Shown one piece after another: positions 20,201 through 28,000 of a stretch of DNA of 62,520 nucleotides (positions are counted from its first letter, which is position 1; every line of letters begins with the position of its first letter). The stretch lies in IMG/VR virus record IMGVR_UViG_3300042861_000978, positions 1 to 62,520 of that record. The stretch is one strand, 5' to 3'. The notes beneath the pieces are model-generated. The model had not been told where the DNA came from. It was given only the letters and a program-made list of their open reading frames with translations, and made no database searches. Both the position numbers and the translations under genes were made by a program. The stretch comes from a virus (lineage: Duplodnaviria > Caudoviricetes).

Positions 20201-21175
20201 CATGCCTAGATCATCTGCCATTTTATTAATTTGATCTAAATCAGCTCCTTCAGGATTATATCCATGTGTATTTTTATATTCTTCAATAGCTTCATTTCTA
20301 AATTTATTCATTCCTTGTAAACCTTCAATAGAAGCTTCTCCAAATGTACCCATTGCAGATGTTAATATTCTGTCTGAGTCTTTTAAAACACTTGATACAG
20401 GTGATTTAATATATTTTTGAGCTAATGCATTCAATGTATTTTCAAAAGCAGCATATTTTCCTAATTTAGGAGCTGTAGACATTGCTGTTTCAATAGCTGT
20501 AGCTGCCTCTAATCCTTTACCAGCTTGTACAAGCTTATTAGTTAATCCAATACCTTTTAATAAGCTTCCCCAAGCAACTCCTCCTCCAATTGCACCTACT
20601 GAATATCCTAAGTTTTTAAATACTTTATCAGACCAAAAATTTACAGTTAAAATATTATCAGGAGAATACCATTTGGCATCTTGCTCAGAATGTTTATAAT
20701 AATTAGGAGCTATATCTTCCAAATTATTCATAATAGTATCCATACCTCTAGTAACATCATTATCAATCAACCCTGCCCATCTTTGATTTTTTATTGCAGA
20801 GCCAACTCCATAAATTAAACCAGCAGTACCTGAAACAAAAGATGTTCCAGCTATTCCAGCAAATTTAATAATATCATTACCTATTTTAGAAGAAGCTGAT
20901 TGTTGGTTAGCAGCCATTTCTTCATAATCTGTTCCAGGTAAAGTTTCTTTATATCTATTACCTTTATAAATAGATGATAAAGGAATTTGGGCTGTACGAG
21001 TATTTTTTGGAGCTTTAGCAAGTGCATTTTCCCAAATATCATCTGGCGATAAATTAAGATTTGGTTCTCCACCAAAAGCTGGAAAAAATCCTGATGAATT
21101 TGGAATATCTGGGGTTGTTGGTAAACCTTGCGCAACTCCTCTTAAATTAACTATTTTTTCTCTATTATCTGGCAT
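8234..21175 (-). CDS. Virion-packaged DNA-dependent RNA polymerase polyprotein (crAss-like), 4313 aa
   Basis: Catalytic GSDFDIDK (DFDID at 10844-10858) preceded by AFRIPTQ; ETDGGGYI; zincin-like AYHEVFE..EELAEEF; Gly-rich hydrophobic N-terminus and coiled coil. Confidence 0.92.
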   Translation of the reverse strand: MPDNREKIVNLRGVAQGLPTTPDIPNSSGFFPAFGGEPNLNLSPDDIWENALAKAPKNTRTAQIPLSSIYKGNRYKETLPGTDYEEMAANQQSASSKIGNDIIKFAGIAGTSFVSGTAGLIYGVGSAIKNQRWAGLIDNDVTRGMDTIMNNLEDIAPNYYKHSEQDAKWYSPDNILTVNFWSDKVFKNLGYSVGAIGGGVAWGSLLKGIGLTNKLVQAGKGLEAATAIETAMSTAPKLGKYAAFENTLNALAQKYIKSPVSSVLKDSDRILTSAMGTFGEASIEGLQGMNKFRNEAIEEYKNTHGYNPEGADLDQINKMADDLGMHIWGANSLLLTATNYIQLPKILGSSRKADKALINKIDQEAIGKEFTQVLPKTTFGRITKGLGSTARSLATGKATVLFAPSEAFEEGMQFAIETGVNNYFMRAYKNRNSSKEILTNLNESWGNIFSEGIAETISSDEGMESILIGGLSGGIQQSGIVGTYKDNQGKTRIGFGKSGLIGEQGLFGTGGERQRNTEDALTALNKTNINKALKDQIKFMGIGIGSQKLRQAAIANNDLLSEKDYERDFALSYVMPRAKYGKIDSVNQELDYYKSQAMDSVGFGQLVTSGIANEKETKEQFIERIESLKSVAKNVDELYSKLNDKYGDQYKDGEKLYSDDVVDRLVYAASKIKDYDERIPGINESLIKNNIITQDVINDVLENDSTDTDSFRATLSKIMAMDVDNDTKQDLIRDLEDLSEVAVRRKAFIKEYNDILENPSNYKDSLIADTPDDTPMELLRLTEGQRVDQEGNTLDEKGNVIPKETIKIKTKKGERNIEIGTEYFLGKRVFEDSKGKEVYRTPKITILGENEDGTIKIKDAKGDIRDISKDELLDYSLAKVSSTLNNKTAKYYLEHMNSVFSFYGKKVTNEKGERVPVKGRLEYFQTEDGQKDKLFFVYKNEKGEIVKKEIDGSMVVPKKGYKHAILKHVGELTPAQQKAEESFGKTTSSSLQAKLQRREETLNQLYEEVLEKKENTEKLISEKTAQLEKLKKQITDITDQIETNKNPEDKRFKKFTLKETIFDAISQLKALSKMEQDLQQELEELYTVDDELKLNVEYIEQLIDNIEELPTSTKEFINELNDELIDLNILVEETGKQINTVSSLMDATRDAIKAAIKYLSGLIKNFESRYFNVPSPEGQQWVDFLKANPNFLKTKPNYKAELSALEEIIATTEDFTITPSEARLQDLEEHLDILNGAIKDYEKQIKVREDVLAKLEDIYKKALEQKQQEKELANNQALLQEFIGTLDSGIQPIASTSNSEKVYEQDAKKSDYDVVGGTRPVSNDRPHNLRANRFGSRFNSLPKSKKENIKGRIVTLKTEGLQGVPGLSNLIVDGEADPKDVIALVMVIMNEDGTYSLVDEFGDAFKTEEQFKNPLDHAVFQVFPGDSLQGKYSGKTESMFRNATAEDRKEIINELTKQYREWRKDQLAKEELEYPKDFKTSFGIPEYVTMLVEKTVDGKTIQVEEINYNATTPVEKTGLVSKKDLSSKKVIAFSTSDSVSEGSVTFKTGPGRVFLSLPGGLIKLNNRKLTQAEATTIYEAIYQLSKIAFDKGTIKDNDEAQQIVRWLKSVVYWGIAKNTQTGERKKAGYNNIWFEDITDDKGVKSTRLFISGLGGNMSFAPTELSNRRNELITLISSLYHNVSGTQVNDNSWSVPYTQILGFDKNGEAITREWPNYQTYLLSSEGRKEGEIPLTTIVRPQQGENDVVRKGMYFTLNQTADTFNFELAKPAPVVQKENAPVAPAPVAAQPVVTSQQPSTISKTPSGIIQVDENSPLSSYKLDGKTPHTFKTKLGNVLVLIDEKGEPIYQTVAGIYDYDTLNTIAAVEKAFPQQDEVSTKAYAYNALLNKVRESVQRLILANSMPQDNAVTAAPVVETPVEQPVAKAEIPTEETSEVITKETKPTEEAATTTANPFANRPKTNGIEGIDKTAYRFETYKQFRQFAPENFNKLEEWLTANFPNLPVYRVKNIIKASNGRQAWGMLHKGAIYLYENAETGTAYHEVFEAVWAMMTSAQERINIAKDFRNREGSYIDRFTGETVVYKDATDDQMREELAEEFRDYVLYDKNPQQAPKPKIPSFLKNIFDWIINGIKTFFVGKDAAKNTQELFNRIGNGYYKSYIPFEQKLSFANVGYTDITEVIPDNSSLFRARIENLSATDIHQIMQQMTYTTITQMIGNNQSLFNITSIDRTKMYNIIKDDLLNNRIGAMADQVLLDIEKNRITQEQGDVYYNNIGTLYNNVYNQWPLLQQKHEEYLQSYGIVFDENDEINYDDYEKSKDEGYGDPRQIDGFKKLNNTIKLLLSSLSESTFVNGGTATESKINNVGGVTLVPLGSVYVDLLNQLHNSVDQSDMINKFRKASRNNPNYVSLFERMFKVSPLSENPIDYTLLSKEDLRLIDGFWKTFKKQSPTVSALFILGNGDIVVGDSNTSGAVREYRRQFINSILEGARTGTNPYITKDKTKGFVRTKALTALNEQSDIAQLVNFLSNLGIEFSEKELKKANYDVQKMFRNAANGIIRSLKERVTDTGIEKINVNTLDVSGRLLELGLVKSKLETSDFDTTYFNINGERSQTFLGPNLLSSFYDVISKVDKISDLANTNFGYLITDTYSNIGSVMLNRIFDENGDKREGLSLETLKPFIIDGTINEELGKNTESSRLTKRQRYLQELNMNLKGIYMNLVPGDANMQTAIKLHDSDNPFVTKDMLLSKGYMNIFKDQFISEVTMSREINRQVAKGRNNENLRFFKSILGESLHKKIVNKAQNTNVSAEEIYEDFKKEINDSVEQFINNKTDKSLNKMKEYNIIKPSAEGNYNVENVSIFNTDESYTIDAIRSAIKQQQINFMIANVELHKLLYSDPYQYSDQLKRIKNFTSPRQILSYGNNEINSRYGELYNNANPEDKLFNTNFNRDTINGGTISDVLSDNEELGYDAFEETDGGGYITDKGLRYTKIKNGEWTDENEEQYIYDMAYMKKVLNKPLNTVEKERLKKGNPFEQSNYTPIKPIVAGNKNMGRSYNDVLLDKFSLFPISFRMIHELNPTANMLKLYEKMINDDVDYVVYASGRKVGKENIYELYDKDGNFNEAPLISAEEKKNPLGKQTVLTIPLSIFAIQTEVPTKENNKVTQGSQPTKLATMDFMEAGVPIDFMSDEKNFTTRYNEWIKLLDKGSYNDGDNLYNEIKNNQNLLEARIQDGLSSLFKELGITKVGDDKYTLSKPELTFDILKKELLKREINDNIVDALDGYEDGKFVLEAIPSYQQIRNILYSIAHRAVVSTKLKGGQKVQVSSALLESQRAKAKEITDSKGNTKTIYESDILKFYTNKDGKRACQLMISRWFKSPLSDEELINYFNNTEEGKKQLSALAGIAFRIPTQKQNSIEVFEIAKFLPEGYGDSVIVPSALVKKVGSDFDIDKLFIYLKNLYPSKNNSLKVVPYFGIGKEAKAKFEELYKAGEFDEYIKTKKDALPQGEAEDRLFESIFPEEYSNSKEEIINGLYRQSLDNAYVDSLEKLISHPLNFKNLVKPNSAEQLQKLTTDIETLLGSKKIDYSDVGEMLDREFMSELRNDFVRAKTAIGIAATSQTGNAQAQRSILSIDRTKLSRVSERDRAFLGDALIKFENFNSVKGMPTLSMIEDANAIPEDRNYISDVIGQVIDGYVDAAKDPWVMRLGITPNVAGTWLFLIRTGVPLENVAYFMNQPIIKDLLQTLENNGYSYVFNNKYINAVKEGYEYEAIDSENLEINVIPGVDELSKMIGKDEETLSPYQSLQQLFILDEFLKYSKMAEQLLTFTQATNFDTATFNDPFLIAKKLRQIEKARNTIFSDVDDFLDSSFIGELKNSLNSFRDGIAEILLSDKRNNPNGQSIREVLEQVLEPYMDMNDKDFVSTSKKAVLTLFDWAVQTNRNLNTQLTKVLLSNEKGESTASELMKLKRDAENPNHPLYNNYVLKALQIEKGNSETEPDNLYINSKDVKVYDQNQIIYALREIKKLLPESQKPLYGNLVRLAVLQSGLSNSRISFTSLLPFEDFVEVYNQTLSQIDKLPNLSDFVDMNVFERGNWNDPNIVDQHKERVILTKKGRFKPETTLVSKKLKDAMDKGQIPKTINISANSMEANSDVITYIWSDMTVNKDTKREMVKKGDYSFMKKGLFKKVYSKNKKGISSPIVYETISTDKVTKKTTVYKNYVYKMINAWGDSLYAKEFYDKKYPSISKSTVSQASVFDNGYEKVETEVEDLNIVEVLGNSAYVEGDEFIFLSEEESLPLQTEENEINDILSQKENESKRCNQ

Positions 21176-23900
21176 TATTTTGAAGTAAATAAGTTTGTAC
21201 TAATGTTGGACTAACTGTCTCTTTTAATGTATTAATAAGAGTATTAAGGTCTTCACTACCTGCTAATTGTTTAACCATTCCAGGTTTTTTTGTTGAAGCA
21301 TCTCTCATGTAAAGGTAAGGATAATATTTTCCAAGAGAAGGATCAAAAATAATATTTGATTGAACTTCAAAATTTGTTCTTTTCATATTTGGAAAATCAT
21401 TATTATCAAATCTTGAATCACCGCTTATATAAGTGTTAACTTCCTCAGGATCTCCTTTAGATGTGGAAAATCTTGGGGAATTATTTATTAAATTTCTGGT
21501 TGTACTTACTTCTCTTGGCTCATAAATTTCATTTATATTAATACCTAATGTAAGTGCTTGATCTGGAGTTATAGTCATTCCCCCTTCTCTACCATCTTCT
21601 CCATAAGAAATAATTTCTACTGCAGGATTATTATATTCATCAACTGTAACTCTATATTCTAAATTACTATCTTCCATATTTTTTCCTAAACTTTTTCCAA
21701 AGTTTTTAAAGTCTCCAGATACATTTCCTAAATCGTTAGTTGAATACATTCCTTGCATTCTTTTAATATTAGCAAATGTAACTTTATCAGTTTCTGCATC
21801 TCCAGAGGCTACAGAAAAAGATTTATTTGGACTTTTTCCATAAGCACTTCTAATTATATCTGCTTTTTTAACTAAACCTTCCTTAAATTGTTTATCACCA
21901 ATAAGATTGCCAATAGTTTTTACACCACTCCATAAATTTGAATTTACATTTACTTCACCACTTGTAGAAATATTCCAAAAACCAGGGTTATCATTAGCAT
22001 AAGCATCTAGTAAAGCTCCTTTTCCTTTTTTTAATAATCTTGCTTTAGCAGCAGTTGCTTCACTATCAAGTACTTTTCCCTCTGCTGAACTAGTTATTGT
22101 TTGCCAAATAGATGCACCACCTTGAGCAGCTAAAGCAATGTCAAACATATCTTCTTTTGTTAATTCATATGTTTTTTCTCCTATTTTTATTCTTTTTGCT
22201 GGTATATTCATTGTTGCTAACTTATTAGTAACTTCTCCTAACTCAATTTTTGATTGAGTTTGTATTTTTTTATCAATAGTTAATGTTGATTCATATTCTT
22301 TAAAAGCATTTCTATATTTTTGATAAGATTCTTTTATATTTGGAGTTATTTTACTATTTGGACTATTGTAAGCTTGTCTAGCTTTAATTAACCAACCTGT
22401 TTTAAAATCTTCTTCACTTACTTTTTGTTTTGCTGCCCCATTTTTAATTAACATATCAATAGCTTCTGCTTGTGCTACGTCATTTGGTTTAGTACTATTA
22501 TTTATATATTTTTCAACAGCTTCTATCATTCCTGGTTGCTTAGATAAAATTGTTTGCCAAATAAAGGAATTAGAAGCATTTTTGTAATTATTTTTAGCTG
22601 TTTGTAATTCATTATCATGAAAAATAATTTCATTATAAGCAGCTGATTCTGGGGCAGACTCTCCAGGATTTATTCCATTACCAGGAACTGGTTTCTTTTT
22701 TGTACCTGCTAATCTTTCTCTTTGTTCAAACTCAGCTTGCCATTTAGAATCTCCAATTCTATCTCTTTCTCTTTTATATGCTTGTTCGGTGGCCCATCTA
22801 CGTTCTTCATTAGCTTCTTTTTGCATATCAAATTCTGCTCTCCATGCTGGGTTATCTAGTGTTTGACTTTTAGTTTTAGACCAACCAAACATAGTTGTAT
22901 ACTTAGAACTAACATCATCTTTGTAAAGCATACCTTTTACTCCATCAGGATTATCATATGCTAACTGAGAAAGTTCATCATAAGAGCTACTTGTTTTATT
23001 AATTTGAGATTGTAAGTTATCTATTTGATCATCTACGTTTTCTCCCATGGATTTTTTTAAATTTAAATCCATTAGTTGTTCTGCAAACCCAGCCATAACA
23101 TCTTCTCTTTGTGCAGAAATTTTTTCTTCTAAAGCTTTAGAGTCAAGTCCTCTATAATTATATTGACCTGATATATTTAATTGTTGAGATACTCTAGGAT
23201 CTGAAAATACTTGAGCAAGAGTTGCTTTTACTTTTTCTGGAAAAACCCCTTCTTTTTCTAAACGTACCATTGTAGTACTAAGTATGGGCCTACCTTTACT
23301 ATCTACTTTAGGATTACCAGCAGCATCTGTTTCAAAAATTTGATCATAAGAATACCCATCAGGTTTTACAGCATCGAAAGTTTCTTTAGTAAATTTAAAT
23401 ACATCAAAATAAGGAGTGTAAGTAGCATTAAACGATTCACCTATTTCAGAACTGTTTAACCATTCCCCAGCTTTTTTATCAAAAACATATTTATTATCAG
23501 GAGTTAACTCTCCTTTCTTTTTTGCTTCCTCCATTACAGAAAGTTCTTTTCTGTATTTAGCTGTAGAAGAAACAGCATTTTGAACATTAGAATCTTTTAC
23601 AAGTTGATTAGTCATTCCATTTACAGAATTAACTAGTTGAAAATCAGAGAAGTCTCCAGCAGCTACAAACTTAAGATTGTTTCCAAGCTCATTAACTTTT
23701 GATTGTAAATAAGCTTTATCTACATCTTTAGCAATATCAAGTCCAGCAATGTTATCTATTGCTGTTTGTATTTTTTGTATTCCTTGGTTGTATTGCTCTT
23801 GTTTTTGCATACCAACCTTTACCATAGCTTCAACAGGAAGTTGTTGAACATAAGGGTTAAAGGTTCCTAAAGCTTGTGGATTATCTGTAAACGATGCCAT
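21165..23900 (-). CDS. Virion ejection/cargo protein, 911 aa
   Basis: N-terminal FNPYVQQLP motif typical of the crAss-like gene preceding the RNAP; position in the ejection-protein cluster. Confidence 0.65.
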   Translation of the reverse strand: MASFTDNPQALGTFNPYVQQLPVEAMVKVGMQKQEQYNQGIQKIQTAIDNIAGLDIAKDVDKAYLQSKVNELGNNLKFVAAGDFSDFQLVNSVNGMTNQLVKDSNVQNAVSSTAKYRKELSVMEEAKKKGELTPDNKYVFDKKAGEWLNSSEIGESFNATYTPYFDVFKFTKETFDAVKPDGYSYDQIFETDAAGNPKVDSKGRPILSTTMVRLEKEGVFPEKVKATLAQVFSDPRVSQQLNISGQYNYRGLDSKALEEKISAQREDVMAGFAEQLMDLNLKKSMGENVDDQIDNLQSQINKTSSSYDELSQLAYDNPDGVKGMLYKDDVSSKYTTMFGWSKTKSQTLDNPAWRAEFDMQKEANEERRWATEQAYKRERDRIGDSKWQAEFEQRERLAGTKKKPVPGNGINPGESAPESAAYNEIIFHDNELQTAKNNYKNASNSFIWQTILSKQPGMIEAVEKYINNSTKPNDVAQAEAIDMLIKNGAAKQKVSEEDFKTGWLIKARQAYNSPNSKITPNIKESYQKYRNAFKEYESTLTIDKKIQTQSKIELGEVTNKLATMNIPAKRIKIGEKTYELTKEDMFDIALAAQGGASIWQTITSSAEGKVLDSEATAAKARLLKKGKGALLDAYANDNPGFWNISTSGEVNVNSNLWSGVKTIGNLIGDKQFKEGLVKKADIIRSAYGKSPNKSFSVASGDAETDKVTFANIKRMQGMYSTNDLGNVSGDFKNFGKSLGKNMEDSNLEYRVTVDEYNNPAVEIISYGEDGREGGMTITPDQALTLGININEIYEPREVSTTRNLINNSPRFSTSKGDPEEVNTYISGDSRFDNNDFPNMKRTNFEVQSNIIFDPSLGKYYPYLYMRDASTKKPGMVKQLAGSEDLNTLINTLKETVSPTLVQTYLLQNNAR

Positions 23901-23917
23901 AAGTGTATATTATTTAA

Positions 23918-23948
23918 CAAATGTAATAGAAAATATTATATGTTCCAA
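23918..23948 (-). promoter_or_regulatory. Bacteroidota sigma-A-type promoter for the ejection protein/RNAP operon
   Basis: Minus strand TACATTTG (23918-23925) matches TAnnTTTG; TTGG 19 nt upstream. Confidence 0.5.
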
Positions 23949-23990
23949 TATTACATAATGTGATTAATTAATTTGCTATAATGAAATGAG

Positions 23991-26900
23991 TTATACAGTC
24001 TTGTACATTTTAACTATTGACCCATTCATTGCAATTTTTTTCTTTGTTTTACTTCCATTTTTACCTCTTAACAATTCAGGTATTAGATTTTCTTTTTCTA
24101 AAGTTTGTTCAGTTGTATTTATTGGAGTATACGCAGGAGCCTGTGTAGTTGTTGTATATGTAGTAGGATTATTTTGTGTAGGTGTAATTGATCTATATTC
24201 TATAATATTACCATCAGCATCTTTAACAGGAATCATATTTGGATTAGTTTGTTTTCCGTATACTGTAGGCATATTAGCTTGGAACAGAGGATTCATATTA
24301 ATTGCTCTACCTGATGGATCATATCTATAGTTGTATAAGTTTTCATATATACCAAGTTCTCTATTTTCTAATCTATTTTTAGCATATTTGTCAGAAATAG
24401 AATTAAGGGCTGCTTGAGCAATAGCTTTTGTATTACTCTTAGCTTGTTCTTGTCTAGTATACTGTTGGTCAAATATTCCTAAGTTTTTAAGTCTAGCATC
24501 ATTTAATGCTTGTCTATTTTGATCAAATATATTAGCTCTCATTGCTTGGTTAGCTCTAAACTCTTCTCCTTTCACTTTATTAATAGCATCATATGCTTGA
24601 GCTGCAATAGCTGCTTGAGCTGCAGGATTACCTTGTGTCATTCTTTGTGCTGCTCTTGTTTGTGCTGTTATTTCATTCATTTGATCTTGTAATGAAATAT
24701 CATAAGGAGTAGCTAAATCAGGTTGATATCCTTGTGCTTGTACTGGTTCTAATTGATTAGTTGAAAGTGCATATAATTCTCCAGATAGTTGTCTAGGGTC
24801 AAGAGGTTCTTGATCTGTAGGTCTAATAAATGGAAGAATCATATTAGCTATATCCATCACATTACTTCTTTTGTATGGAGTAGTTTCATATGTTTTTTCA
24901 GTAGGAACTGCTGTGGTACTTTGTGTTGTTGTCACAGGCTCTTTCTTTTTAGGCATAGTAATATCTCTTGCAGCTTTAACAACATAATGCATTGGTCCAA
25001 CTTGAGAATTAGTTGCTTGTTCTCTAATAAATTTTATTTTCTCATCACGAGTCTTTTTTGCTGCTAAAGCATCTCTAACTTTTTGTCCTTCAGGTCCAGG
25101 AGCTCTTTCTAAATATTTAATCATTTGATCAGCTCTATCTTTATCTGCAAGAGCTTCATCAATTGATTTTGACCATTGAGTAACATATAATCCTGGATCA
25201 TCAAACTCAGCAACTCCTGTTTCTCCTGCAGGAGTATAAGCCCATTTTTTACCTTTACCTTTAATTTTATATGTACCAGCTTGTGCTTTTTCTATTGATT
25301 TACCATAATCAGCATATTCTTGTAAAGCTTCTTTATCTATTTCTACTTTACCTTTTGATAATTTATCTGCTACATATCCATACTCTTCTGCTGTATCATT
25401 AATTGCATTTTGTAAATAAGCTGCATTCTTTTTCTTATCAGCAATAGATTTAAGTTTCATATTAGCTCCATTAATATTTGCTGTTAAGGATTCAAGTTTT
25501 AATTTATCAAAAGAGTTTCTTACATCTAAATCATTTAACAAACTTGTTGATTTATCTATAAGTTTATTTTGATTAGCTTCATCTTTAGAGATTTCAGCTA
25601 TATAGTTTTTAAACTTCTTTCCTTTTGCTTTAGGATCTCCTAACATATCTATATATTGATTTGGAATTTTTAAATTACCATACACTGTTAAATTCTTTTC
25701 TCCATTAGCATCTTGTAACTCAGCAGCAGGTTCTCCTCTTTCTACTTCTACGTGAGCATCTGCATTTTGTGTTCCATATTCAGCATAGTCTGTATAGGAG
25801 TCATGTTTTCCTGCTCCATATTTAACACCAATACCTGTATGACCATTACCATCAGATTCATCATGTGACTTTCCTCTAAACATAATAGTTTCTCCTGTAC
25901 CAGGCATATATGGATTTTGGGAAATAGTTTCTGCATGTCCTCCCCAGGTAGTTTTAACTTCTCCTCCCATAGCATATTGTTCCATTCCTCTTTCTGAGAT
26001 TGGTGTGTATTCTCTTAAATGACCACCTGCTCTTAAAGAATCCATTCCTTCATGTGCATAGTCATAAAAGTCTTGCTGATCAAGTTCTCCAAATCTTGTT
26101 ATTAATTGAGGGTTTGTTATTTGACCACCCTCTTCCATATAACTTCCATATTGTCCCTGAAGACCTCTTGCAAACTGAGCACCCATAACTCTATTTACAT
26201 TTCTTTCTATACCTTTTTGCTCTTTTTTTATTTTTCTTCCTGTATTATCAAAAGCCCCACCAACTATACTTCCTAAAGCTCCTCCTATAGCACCACCAAC
26301 AGGCCCACCAAAAGCTGTTCCAATACCTGTACCAAGTCCACTACCAATTTGAGAACCTCCACTATTATCAGAAAAAGCATTAGATAACATTCCTAAAGCT
26401 TGAGCTCCTCCTTGTTCTCCCATAAAATTCATAAAGCCTCCACCTTGCATTTGATGTATATTTCCACCATGGAAGTATTGTTTAACTTGATCTGAATCAT
26501 TTAATGGCTCATACCCTAAATCATCATATAATGTACCAGGAGCATATGTGTTTTGAATTTCTCCACCATCTTCATACATTACAAAGTTAGGATGAGTTCC
26601 TCTTCCTATCTGCTTCATTTTTCCAGGGCCCAATTGTTTAGTTGTACCCTTTCCTATTCTTTTTGCACCTTCACCTATTTGTTTTGCTGCTGGACCATAC
26701 TTTCTTACTGCTGGTAATCCTTGAAGATAAGGTATATTTTTAACGTATTTAACTTTACCTAATGCTCCTGCTGCATCTAAAGACTCTAAAGCTGCTTTTT
26801 TATATTCTCCTTCTCCAGCATAGTCTGCTGCATTTCCTAAAGCATTTGCCCAATATAAAGGATTAACCATACCTATAACTTGGTCATAAGCATTTTTACT

Positions 26901-27998
26901 ATATTTAGAAAACCCTTCAACAGGTAATTCACCATATTTAGTATAGTGTGCAAAACTTTGTAAAGGATTAGCAAGTACTTCACCTGTTCTAGTTATAAAA
27001 TTACCTTCTTCAGGTTTTTGTATATTTCCAATATTTCTATTACTCATCTTTGGCTTATTAGCCATTGCCTGTGCATATGTTTGTGGTTTGCTAATAGCAG
27101 GTTTTGTAGAAGGTTTGCTTTTATTAAGTGTTGTTAGCTTATTACCTTTTAATAATTTATCAGCCAATGCTAAATTACTTTTAGCAGTACCATCTGTGTA
27201 TCCTTTTTTCCTTGCTTCACTCCAAGGTGTACCTGTTTTTTCTTCCCAAATTTGCCAAACTTCTTTACTTTTAGATCCAGAGTTTGTTGTAGGTTTACTT
27301 TCTTCTATAGGTTGATAATCAACAGGTGCTTCTTGTGGGCCATAAACTTGTAATGTTGATTTTCTTTCTAAAATATCTTGTTTTTGTCTAGCACTATTTG
27401 GATACTTATTTATTAAATCAGAATTAGTATCTAACTCAGTACCATCTTGTGCTCTAATAGGCCCACCATTACGTTTTAAAACATTTGTTCCCACACCATA
27501 TGTAGGAAATAATTCATTAGGATTTACAATTTGATCTTCTGGACGTACATAATTCTTTGGACGATTAGCATCTACATCTACACTCTCTGCAGCTCTTGCT
27601 TGGAGTCCTGTTACTTTATTCCACATTCTAGCTTCTTTTAAAGCTTTTTTCTGTGCTCCTAAAGTCTGTAACCCTCCTAAAACACTTGTTGCTGCTTGAG
27701 CATAAGGCATTATATCAAAAGACCCTGATGCTGTAGGTGCAGCTATAGAAGGATTATTTAAACCTGTTGCTCCTGGGTTAGTAGCAAAATATGGATTATT
27801 ATTTTGATAATAATTATTACTAGGTGCTTGTTCGGGACCTTGTAATATTCCTCCTTGTGCTTTATTAATTGCAGTTCCCATTTGAGCTTTCTTAAAAGCT
27901 TTACCATGTACTTTCATAAATGCTTCCTCTGAAGGATATTTTTTGTAGAATTCCTTTTCAGATTTAACCCCAGCTATTTTTAAAATTTGATCTTTCAT
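23991..27998 (-). CDS. Virion cargo/ejection protein (~1335 aa) with glycine-zipper membrane segment and repeated x-x-G-G motifs
   Basis: Start moved to ATG 27998 (MKDQILK), 2 nt after the upstream stop; GSGLGTGIGTAFGGPVGGAIGGALGSIVGGAF; FRGKSH..VEVERGE; Gln/Ala-rich helical C-terminus. Confidence 0.7.
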   Translation of the reverse strand: MKDQILKIAGVKSEKEFYKKYPSEEAFMKVHGKAFKKAQMGTAINKAQGGILQGPEQAPSNNYYQNNNPYFATNPGATGLNNPSIAAPTASGSFDIMPYAQAATSVLGGLQTLGAQKKALKEARMWNKVTGLQARAAESVDVDANRPKNYVRPEDQIVNPNELFPTYGVGTNVLKRNGGPIRAQDGTELDTNSDLINKYPNSARQKQDILERKSTLQVYGPQEAPVDYQPIEESKPTTNSGSKSKEVWQIWEEKTGTPWSEARKKGYTDGTAKSNLALADKLLKGNKLTTLNKSKPSTKPAISKPQTYAQAMANKPKMSNRNIGNIQKPEEGNFITRTGEVLANPLQSFAHYTKYGELPVEGFSKYSKNAYDQVIGMVNPLYWANALGNAADYAGEGEYKKAALESLDAAGALGKVKYVKNIPYLQGLPAVRKYGPAAKQIGEGAKRIGKGTTKQLGPGKMKQIGRGTHPNFVMYEDGGEIQNTYAPGTLYDDLGYEPLNDSDQVKQYFHGGNIHQMQGGGFMNFMGEQGGAQALGMLSNAFSDNSGGSQIGSGLGTGIGTAFGGPVGGAIGGALGSIVGGAFDNTGRKIKKEQKGIERNVNRVMGAQFARGLQGQYGSYMEEGGQITNPQLITRFGELDQQDFYDYAHEGMDSLRAGGHLREYTPISERGMEQYAMGGEVKTTWGGHAETISQNPYMPGTGETIMFRGKSHDESDGNGHTGIGVKYGAGKHDSYTDYAEYGTQNADAHVEVERGEPAAELQDANGEKNLTVYGNLKIPNQYIDMLGDPKAKGKKFKNYIAEISKDEANQNKLIDKSTSLLNDLDVRNSFDKLKLESLTANINGANMKLKSIADKKKNAAYLQNAINDTAEEYGYVADKLSKGKVEIDKEALQEYADYGKSIEKAQAGTYKIKGKGKKWAYTPAGETGVAEFDDPGLYVTQWSKSIDEALADKDRADQMIKYLERAPGPEGQKVRDALAAKKTRDEKIKFIREQATNSQVGPMHYVVKAARDITMPKKKEPVTTTQSTTAVPTEKTYETTPYKRSNVMDIANMILPFIRPTDQEPLDPRQLSGELYALSTNQLEPVQAQGYQPDLATPYDISLQDQMNEITAQTRAAQRMTQGNPAAQAAIAAQAYDAINKVKGEEFRANQAMRANIFDQNRQALNDARLKNLGIFDQQYTRQEQAKSNTKAIAQAALNSISDKYAKNRLENRELGIYENLYNYRYDPSGRAINMNPLFQANMPTVYGKQTNPNMIPVKDADGNIIEYRSITPTQNNPTTYTTTTQAPAYTPINTTEQTLEKENLIPELLRGKNGSKTKKKIAMNGSIVKMYKTV

Positions 27999-28000
27999 GA

